32,000 bases of DNA from Candidatus Scalindua sp. (GTDB taxonomy: Bacteria; Planctomycetota; Brocadiia; Brocadiales; Scalinduaceae). The position numbers were made by a program, and so were the translations under genes. The notes under the pieces were generated by a model that saw only the letters and a program-made list of their open reading frames with translations, did no database searches and was not told the DNA's origin. The DNA is taken from the NCBI GenBank assembly GCA_031316235.1, contig JALDRA010000001.1, forward strand, positions 1,200,001 through 1,232,000. The letters are read 5' to 3'. Of the stretch, positions 25,737 through 32,000 are shown one piece after another. How positions within the stretch are numbered: position 1 is the first letter of the stretch; each line of letters opens with the position of its first letter.

Positions 25737-26179
25737 TATGCAGTGTCTCTGAATAAACTACTTTTTTATACTAATTGTAAACGTTGATAGGTTCTGAGTT
25801 CACCGTTCTCTGTTACCTTCCTTTGTCAATTGCCGAGACCTCGTCGAAAATCCAGAATTCCGGCACGTCCGACCAAATTGCTTAGGCAATTCACAAAATC
25901 TCCCCTCGTCCTTCAATAGTTAATCCAATATCTTTAATTCTCACACAATCTTCTTCAAACAACAAAGGACCAGTAACAGCCTATCAGGGCCATGACAAAT
26001 GGCAAGCAATAGCGATAATTACTAATCAAAGTTTGATGCCATTCTTTTTTATTTGTCAGTTCAAGAACTTATGGTAAAATTACGGTGAAACATGTTCTCT
26101 TCGCGTCTTGTCGCCTCCATGGCAAATTCATTTTGGATGCAGCTACTTTGCACTGCGATTTAAAAGGAGTTTTATCACC

Positions 26180-26728
26180 ATGACAACTATTATTGAAAAG
26201 AAAAAGTATACTTATGAAGATTATCTTAAAGCCCCTGAGGACAAGAAATACGAGCTTATAGAAGGAGAGCTGATTATGGCGCCGTCGCCTATACCAAAAC
26301 ATCAAAGAATCTCTGGAAAGATTGAATATGAACTAAGAAAATTTGTAACAGAAAACAAACTCGGAGAGGTTTTTGATGCGCCATGCGATGTATATCTTGA
26401 TGAAGAGAATGTAGTTCAGCCTGATATTCTGTTCATTTCGAAAGAGAGATTAGATATTATAGGTGAAAAAAATATACAGGGAGCGCCCGACCTTGCAATA
26501 GAGATAATCTCAGAAAGCAGCGCTTACAGAGATATGGTACAGAAAAAGAAACTTTATGCTGTTTTTGGTGTAAAAGAATACTGGATAGTGATTCCGGAAG
26601 AAGAATCAATAGAGATATTTATCTTGAAAGATAAGACTTGCCAGTTTTATAATAAATACGCCAAAGATGATACACTTCAGTCCCCTCGGATGAAAGACCT
26701 AAACATTGCGCTAAAAGGAATATTCTAA
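26180..26728 (+). CDS. Uma2-family (DUF820) putative endonuclease
   Basis: I prefer ATG 26180, with AAGGAG at 26164-26169, over the track start 26108. The sequence YTYEDYLKAPEDKKYELIEGELIMAPSP...HQRISGKI...VQPDILFISKER...GAPDLAIEIIS is the characteristic Uma2 layout, including the D...(D/E)xK-like PD-(D/E)XK residues. Confidence 0.8.
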   Translation: MTTIIEKKKYTYEDYLKAPEDKKYELIEGELIMAPSPIPKHQRISGKIEYELRKFVTENKLGEVFDAPCDVYLDEENVVQPDILFISKERLDIIGEKNIQGAPDLAIEIISESSAYRDMVQKKKLYAVFGVKEYWIVIPEEESIEIFILKDKTCQFYNKYAKDDTLQSPRMKDLNIALKGIF

Positions 26729-26937
26729 AACACTAAACATTTCGTAATTTCAATTACGGTATCTGTCTCCTATCCTGGCCCTGATAGAAGCTCATGCTAT
26801 CTCGGTATAACTATGATTCTTATACTCAAAAACAGATCTGTAGGAAAACTTGTCAGGGCTCTTGAGCAAGATGGTTTTAAAACCCTTATGGCAACTGGAG
26901 AATTATTGAAAATTGTGAGCAATGAAGAGGAGAGAAA

Positions 26938-27201
26938 GTGGGCCTAATCACTGCGGAAATTGAATCAGCTAACCCTGGAGACAGGCAGACAAGGCCTATC
27001 AAAGTAAAGTCCCTTGTTGATACCGGCTCACTTCACCTCTGTATACCTGAGCATGTTGCCATCCAACTTGAACTTGAAGAATTATACAAGCGAAAGGTAA
27101 CTACTGCTGATGCAATAGGGAATCATGTATCAAATTCAAGAACTGCTCCAGAGTATCCTACCATTACCAACTATTCTATGTATTATGGTTATGTTAGTTG
27201 A
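26938..27201 (+). pseudogene. Retropepsin-like (clan AA) aspartic protease, truncated remnant
   Basis: GTG start. MGLITAEIE...IKVKSLVDTGSLHLCIPEHVAIQLELEE contains the DTG active-site motif and the family's usual N-terminal half. After about residue 58 the sequence no longer resembles the family (from recollection) and stops at 87 aa, whereas members are usually around 120-140 aa. Confidence 0.5.
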
Positions 27202-27214
27202 ATACATACGGTTA

Positions 27215-29203
27215 CTATTTTATATAAATAGTAATTGCCTCCCATTTCCGGCCGATGATTTTGCCTGTCTTCAGTAAAAATACATCGGCTTTTAATTTCG
27301 CCTTGCCAGGAGCAGCATCAACCGGAATGCCGGCTTTGTCAAAAACTAAATAGTGGTGCCCGGGTTTAACCCTCTTCCAGTGTCTACCGAGAAGAAAAAC
27401 GTTCTTTTCACTATCGATCAATCGGTATAAATGTTTCAGACCATACTCATTATCATCCGGGTCTGATACAGTGTACATATCGTGAATGATTAATCCATCA
27501 CCAGTATTAAATTCACCTGTAAATTGTCCTCCAAATTCAGCACTCCACATCTGATCAAGCACCACTTTGCCTTTGAGAATATTCGAGATGATTTTATCCT
27601 TAGACCCGAACTCTACTGCACCAATATCACAAACAACTATTCCGTCATTATTTCCATCTACCGGCCGGATTCTCCCAAGCTGATCATCTCCAGGGCATGC
27701 AGCTTCATCAGCAGCATCTATAGCTGGACTATCTGACAGCAAGGGAATATGTCCATAGCCTGGAGTCCCGTCATCGATAAATTTTCCTAAACGTGGATCT
27801 CCGGTAATATCGCTCTCTAAAAGAATAGTGCATAGCCCAGCACCAATAATATTATTGCCAAGTGAAGTTAAGGTGCCTTCACAATTGGACGGTTTCCGAT
27901 CACCGTCAGACAATATATTCTCTGCAAGGATACTGTTTTTCAAATTCACCGTACCTGTGTACCAGTTAAATATTCCACCCGGCCCATGGTCTGCTGAATT
28001 GTAAGCTAGCGTGCTGTTGACAATGTTCATTGAGCCATAATTTTCAATTGCACCTCCTTCGGTGCTAGAATGATTTTGAGCAATAGTACTATTCGTAATT
28101 AATACCGTATCATCGTTTAAAATCCCACCACCTGATTCGCTAGAGTTGGAAGAAATAGTACTACTCATGATCTCCACCTTCCCACTACTGTTATGAATAC
28201 CTCCACCAAGAAATCCGCGATTTCGGGCAATAGTGCTACTTGTAACAGATATCGTACCAGTATAATTATAGATGCCACCCCCGGTTTGATATGATGAATA
28301 CTCTGCATCATTTTTTTCAATAATACTGTTCGTAAGAGTAACGAGGCCTCCTTCGTTAAAAATACCTCCCCCATCACCGTCTTCTGCTAATAATGAATTG
28401 TTAGAGACAGTTGTGCTGGTGAGAGTAACTGAGCCTCCTTTGCTATAGATCCCACCACCATCTCCCCTACCATACCCATCATAAACTCCCACTGCATTAT
28501 CAGAGATAGTTCCATTTGTGACAGTAACGGTACCGCCATCATTATAGATACCACCGCCTTTTGTATTGAAACTAGAGGAATCTTCATATCCTAAGGATTG
28601 GTTGGTCTCCACTGTGCTATTTTCGATAGTAATGTCCCCGGTATTAAAAATACCACCTCCATTACCTGCTGTGTTAGTTGAGACAGTACTGTTTCTCATT
28701 GTAACGGCTCCGGCGTTGTACAACCCTCCACCGTTAAAGGTTTCGGTTTGCTCATGAGTAACACGAAAAGGAGCAATACCACCCTGAATAGTCAAACTCT
28801 CTAACTGTATATTCCCTGTATTTGCAACATGGAAGATACGAAAGAGAGGTATATGTGGAGAATCTATATTCCTCTCTATGATTGTTGAATTGTCAGTTAC
28901 ACCGTTGAGTGAAATGTTGCTTGTAATGGATGGCAGGCCATTGGGACCATTGATATCATTGTTCTTTTGAGTCAGGGAGTAGATCCCACCCTGCAAGTTA
29001 ATTGTATCGTCTTCACCGTTCCCGTTTGCGGTATTAATTGCATCAATAAGGGCTGCAACATCGCCTGATGGTATGGTAAATTCTGCTGCGTTAACAGCAA
29101 CAATACGAAGATGACAGAAAATATGCAGAGCTAATAACATACTTAAGACTATCTTAAACATCCGTGTTGTGCGTTCTGTTTTCGTGTTATCTGCTATGTT
29201 CAT
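27215..29203 (-). CDS. Secreted right-handed parallel beta-helix repeat protein (Pmp-like / choice-of-anchor-Q-like) with a C-terminal domain of unknown function
   Basis: 662 aa, with AAGGA 8 nt upstream of ATG 29203. It has a signal-peptide-like segment, MFKIVLSMLLALHIFCHLRIVAVNA. There are more than 12 iterations of GGGI(Y/F)N.G.(V/I)T(L/V).NST(I/V)..N. The repeat region ends in CDIGAVEF. The last ~125 aa have no motif I recognise. Confidence 0.75.
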   Translation of the reverse strand: MNIADNTKTERTTRMFKIVLSMLLALHIFCHLRIVAVNAAEFTIPSGDVAALIDAINTANGNGEDDTINLQGGIYSLTQKNNDINGPNGLPSITSNISLNGVTDNSTIIERNIDSPHIPLFRIFHVANTGNIQLESLTIQGGIAPFRVTHEQTETFNGGGLYNAGAVTMRNSTVSTNTAGNGGGIFNTGDITIENSTVETNQSLGYEDSSSFNTKGGGIYNDGGTVTVTNGTISDNAVGVYDGYGRGDGGGIYSKGGSVTLTSTTVSNNSLLAEDGDGGGIFNEGGLVTLTNSIIEKNDAEYSSYQTGGGIYNYTGTISVTSSTIARNRGFLGGGIHNSSGKVEIMSSTISSNSSESGGGILNDDTVLITNSTIAQNHSSTEGGAIENYGSMNIVNSTLAYNSADHGPGGIFNWYTGTVNLKNSILAENILSDGDRKPSNCEGTLTSLGNNIIGAGLCTILLESDITGDPRLGKFIDDGTPGYGHIPLLSDSPAIDAADEAACPGDDQLGRIRPVDGNNDGIVVCDIGAVEFGSKDKIISNILKGKVVLDQMWSAEFGGQFTGEFNTGDGLIIHDMYTVSDPDDNEYGLKHLYRLIDSEKNVFLLGRHWKRVKPGHHYLVFDKAGIPVDAAPGKAKLKADVFLLKTGKIIGRKWEAITIYIK

Positions 29204-29245
29204 TGGTATGTCCTTTTTGCTGTTTTGTTTAATTTTTCAGCCTCC

Positions 29246-30487
29246 TCAGTAAAATCTGTGGGTAATTGGAGGCTCTGGTAATTTTCCAAGTGTATGATAT
29301 AAAGCAATTTCTATTGATTTTAAAGTACGAAAACCAAACGATCTTCTCATAGTCAGTTTAGCTTTAAGATTAAAACCTTCAACAATACTATTAGATAGAC
29401 GCTCTTTGACAGAAAAATAATTTAACAAAAGCTCCTGGTGCTTGCGTAACCGCTTGGCCACTTTCTTCATTTCAGGTAACCTTGATCTCATTGCCCTGGT
29501 TGTCCAGGTTCTTAAGAACCTCTCGGCACCCCAACGTGTTTTGTAAGTCCAGAAGTGTTGAAATGCTTCTTTAAGTAAATAGCAACGAACCGTCTTTAGA
29601 TTATATTGAACCAGTTCACGGAGTCTGGCTAACTGTGATGTCTTCTGGTTCCTTTTATTCTTTAATAAACACCAACGAGACTTTTCAAGGATTGGCTCAT
29701 AACCATCTTGTTTTAACTGAGCAGTCTCAGCTCTTCTTGTTTGATCTACAGCATCGTTAAGATATTTCATCACATGAAAGCGATCGAGAATATGGATAGC
29801 CTTCGGAGCTTTACGTTTTACAACCTTTAAATATGGTTTCCAAAGATCACTGCAAATTGCCTTTAGCTGTTGGGATCGTTCTTTACCAAAGAAATGAAAG
29901 AATCGCAACAATGTCTTAGCCGATCTGTTCTGGCCGACAAATAACAATCTTTTACAAACTGAGTCTATTTGGAAAACCAATGTCAGATACTTGTGATATT
30001 TTAAATATTGTATCTCGTCAATACCTAGTGCGTTAACATTATCTAAGTTGCGATGCTTTAATCCGTATTCAACAACATGTTCTACCGATTCAAATACGTT
30101 TTTCCATGAAACACGAAATTGCCTGGCCACTTCTAGCCAGGAAAGGTACTTTGCCCAATGTGCAAGAAATATCCTGAACGGTTCACTAATTGGACTCTTC
30201 CCCTGGGCCCAAGGAATATGTTCTACGGTCACCCCATGCTGGGGGCAGCTTACGCGCCGGGGTCTATAAGCCAACATAACTATGTAACCCCACAAAGGAA
30301 CAAAACGAAAACATCGTTCCTGTAGATGATCATAAGTTGGGGCTGCCTTTTTGCACTGGCTACATATGCCTTGTGATCCTTTGCGTTCTTTTACTTTTAC
30401 CGTAATCCTGGTTTCTTTTAAAATAACTTTGCCGTAGATGAATCCCTTGACAGGATAACATCTATTGAGTAACGTTTTAATGAGCAT
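29246..30487 (-). CDS. ISL3-family transposase
   Basis: 413 aa. It has the N-terminal zinc-finger layout C..C(18)...RRVSCPQHG, a helix-turn-helix region (WLEVARQFRVSWKNV), then ALGIDEIQYLKYHKYLTLV and a C-terminal DDE region ending SNSIVEGFNLKAK. This matches the ISL3 (IS204/IS1001/IS1096/IS1165) transposase organisation. Confidence 0.8.
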   Translation of the reverse strand: MLIKTLLNRCYPVKGFIYGKVILKETRITVKVKERKGSQGICSQCKKAAPTYDHLQERCFRFVPLWGYIVMLAYRPRRVSCPQHGVTVEHIPWAQGKSPISEPFRIFLAHWAKYLSWLEVARQFRVSWKNVFESVEHVVEYGLKHRNLDNVNALGIDEIQYLKYHKYLTLVFQIDSVCKRLLFVGQNRSAKTLLRFFHFFGKERSQQLKAICSDLWKPYLKVVKRKAPKAIHILDRFHVMKYLNDAVDQTRRAETAQLKQDGYEPILEKSRWCLLKNKRNQKTSQLARLRELVQYNLKTVRCYLLKEAFQHFWTYKTRWGAERFLRTWTTRAMRSRLPEMKKVAKRLRKHQELLLNYFSVKERLSNSIVEGFNLKAKLTMRRSFGFRTLKSIEIALYHTLGKLPEPPITHRFY

Positions 30488-30726
30488 TGTTGTTAATCTG
30501 CAGTTGTTAATAATATGGTTAGTGAGAGACCTTATTTTAACAAATTGCAGAGCAACAATGCTTATGTTTCAAATTCTTTGAGGTTTTATTTTTTATTCCC
30601 TTCTCCGCCACCCACCTTCACCCAGAAGAGAGGTGGGTGGCGGAGAAGGGAATAAAAAATACTCCTTAAGGTGAGCTTTACTACAATCAAATCTATGCTT
30701 TTCCTTATTTTTACCCACAGATTCTG
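29247..30726 (-). mobile_element. ISL3-family insertion sequence (boundaries approximate)
   Basis: There is a 13-nt perfect inverted match aatctgtgggtaa (29253-29265) / ttacccacagatt (30711-30723). It extends to cag...aatctgtgggtaa with a 3-nt indel and brackets the transposase gene. The implied length of ~1.48 kb is in the ISL3 range. I could not identify a target-site duplication, so the ends are uncertain. Confidence 0.5.
30587..30661. repeat. Perfect 31-bp-stem inverted repeat (75-bp hairpin/cruciform) in the transposase leader
   Basis: The arm 30587-30617 (tatttttt attcccttctccgccacccacct, spacing added) pairs base for base with 30631-30661. I checked this position by position. The loop is 13 nt. 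No U-tract follows on either strand. Confidence 0.9.
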
Positions 30727-30958
30727 TAAAAGACCCATTTTTCAAAAATAAAATTTTACCGTACTTCCCTGATAGGAGATAAGTAGTTTGTCAAAATTCG
30801 ACACGTAAACAAAATAACAATACCTCTATCCTGAGTCTTACGAAGTTCCTGTTTTTTTTATTTTTTTCAAAGTTTTCCCTGACGACTCAGAGATTTTCTC
30901 TTCTATAAAAGCTGTTTCCAGTTTCCAGACTCCTCACAAATGTTACAAGTTCTTTATG

Positions 30959-31098
30959 TATACTCATCTCATACTGGATTTCGGATAAAATCCGAGATAA
31001 AATTGAGCGAGTAAAGTCCTCGGCGCTTTTTGTCCGGGGATAACTGCAACCAGGATTTGATTTCCGGTAAAACCGAAAACCAAATCGGTTTTAGTATA
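30959..31098 (+). mobile_element. MITE-like repeat, family 1, copy F (140-bp long form)
   Basis: tatactcatctcatactggatttcggataaaatccgagataaaattgagcgagtaaagtcctcggcgctttttgtccggggataactgcaaccaggatttgatttccggtaaaaccgaaaaccaaatcggttttagtata. Confidence 0.85.
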
Positions 31099-31225
31099 AC
31101 ACAAATAACTTAATTTTGTCTTGACACAGTACAAACTTTGCAACTAGTAACATTTCATGAATTATCTATGGAATTTTTAGAATATTTACACGTTATTTCA
31201 GATCTGATTTTCTGCTGATACTTTC

Positions 31226-32000
31226 TTATTGTAAGCTTACCAATACCAACACAAGTCCCCTCCCTTCCTCCAGTGAAGACATGGCCTTCCCTATAATAGC
31301 CCCCTGTGCTTTCTCATGATCGCATACTTTCATCACATGACCGGGTGTATCTGAAGTCGTAAGAAGATCTCCTGCTTGAATGGGTGAAGCCTTCGCATCT
31401 GCCTTGCAATAGACACGGCCGGTCAGGGCTACCGGAAATTCACCATCGGCGACAGAATCAGTCTGCCCCATCAGCATACCCGGACTAACACCTCCTGCCC
31501 CACTGATAATGCCGGCGACTGTACGGTCATACGCCTGATGGCTGATTAAGAGCTTACCCGGGTTCTTCGTGTCGATACTCGCAACCATGCCGGGCTCTAT
31601 CGTAAATTCTCCCTCTTTGATGTAATCCTTCAGTTCATGTGGTTTCCCTATGTCAAACTGCTCAGAGAGATCGGAACCACCGGTTATTTCAATTGAGGAA
31701 GTTCTTGTTCTACCAATTACGTCAAGCCTTGCAGCAGGATTCGTTGTCCCAATACCAGTGTTGCCATTCTTCAGTACTGTCATTGCATTATCGGGTTTAG
31801 TATCATCAATCCCATTCCCGATTACAAACAATGGATCAGTTTCTACCCAGTCTGACGAGTCTCCGGAAATAACATTATACTGGCCAATAACAAATGAGGT
31901 TGAGGACTGAGCGGTTGTTTTTACTCCCATAGCAGTTGAATACTTCCCGCTCGCAGTTGTGGCGCTTCCTATAGCAGTTGATCTGCTTCCACTGGCAGTT
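31226..32000 (-). CDS. Tail-fibre/adhesin-like repeat protein, C-terminal part (gene continues past the right edge)
   Basis: The track gives 31226-31930. The same frame stays open upstream to 32000 (TASGSRSTAIGSATTASGKYSTAMGVKTTAQSSTSFVIG). This shows the short S-T-A-x-G repeats seen in YadA-head / phage tail-fibre-like proteins. It is followed by VLKNGNTGIGTTNPAARLDV and a ~150-aa globular C-terminus. Confidence 0.6.
   Translation of the reverse strand, partial: TASGSRSTAIGSATTASGKYSTAMGVKTTAQSSTSFVIGQYNVISGDSSDWVETDPLFVIGNGIDDTKPDNAMTVLKNGNTGIGTTNPAARLDVIGRTRTSSIEITGGSDLSEQFDIGKPHELKDYIKEGEFTIEPGMVASIDTKNPGKLLISHQAYDRTVAGIISGAGGVSPGMLMGQTDSVADGEFPVALTGRVYCKADAKASPIQAGDLLTTSDTPGHVMKVCDHEKAQGAIIGKAMSSLEEGRGLVLVLVSLQ

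Noticed and set aside
26108-26179. 24-codon upstream extension of the Uma2 ORF, and a similar upstream extension of the methyltransferase at 23028-23057
   Set aside because: The internal ATGs have a proper AAGGAG (26164-26169) or a TAATG stop/start overlap. The extensions add sequence unlike the family.
25981-26787. 12-bp inverted repeat ctatcagggcca / tggccctgatag flanking the Uma2 gene, which could mark a small mobile cassette
   Set aside because: By a rough estimate, one or two 12-bp inverted matches within 1 kb are expected by chance in 32 kb. There is no extension of the match and no target duplication.
1-32000. CRISPR arrays, tRNA, rRNA and riboswitch-like leaders
   Set aside because: I saw no regularly spaced short direct repeats with unique spacers, no cloverleaf-like segments and no long structured leaders. 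The only regular repeats are the 102-bp TPR units and the dispersed MITE copies.

Overview
This 32-kb bacterial window is moderately AT-rich (low-40s %GC by eye). I found no rRNA, tRNA or CRISPR array. It reads as a cell-surface glycan and glycosylation region that has been heavily reworked by small mobile elements. (1) Five paralogous genes on the minus strand encode an N-terminal TPR array fused to a C-terminal GT9 (heptosyltransferase-like) domain: 1-106 (partial), 189-2312, 2299-4185, 9536-11503 and 11508-13619. One of them contains a nearly perfect 4 x 102-bp intragenic TPR amplification. (2) A four-gene block at 5408-9475 is wedged into that array. It holds a protein that looks strongly like the magnetosome actin MamK (8426-9475), preceded by a K/E-rich low-complexity protein. 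These two are divergently transcribed, across a 560-bp AT-rich spacer, from a 355-361-aa orphan and a zinc-ribbon/bactofilin-like protein. No magnetosome membrane genes are present, and this block is my best candidate for an undescribed system. (3) Two sugar-modification and glycosyltransferase blocks follow. The first (15883-20613, minus strand) encodes a Gfo/Idh/MocA oxidoreductase, a B12-radical SAM enzyme, a PilZ + Zn-ribbon + CBM48 protein and a formyltransferase. The second (22195-25736, plus strand) encodes GT2, methyltransferase, GT2 and GT4. A CgeB-like glycosyltransferase lies at 14562-15503. (4) Repeats and mobile DNA are abundant. There are six copies of a 91-140-bp MITE-like element and two copies of a 128-bp palindromic element. 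There is also an ISL3-family IS carrying a 31-bp perfect hairpin in its leader, plus two decayed genes. One MITE copy is fused in frame to the 5' end of a GT2 gene. (5) The right end encodes a Uma2-family nuclease, a secreted beta-helix repeat protein and a partial tail-fibre/adhesin-like protein. All functional calls come from motif recognition by eye and from recalled family sequences. No database search was run, and the source organism is not assigned.
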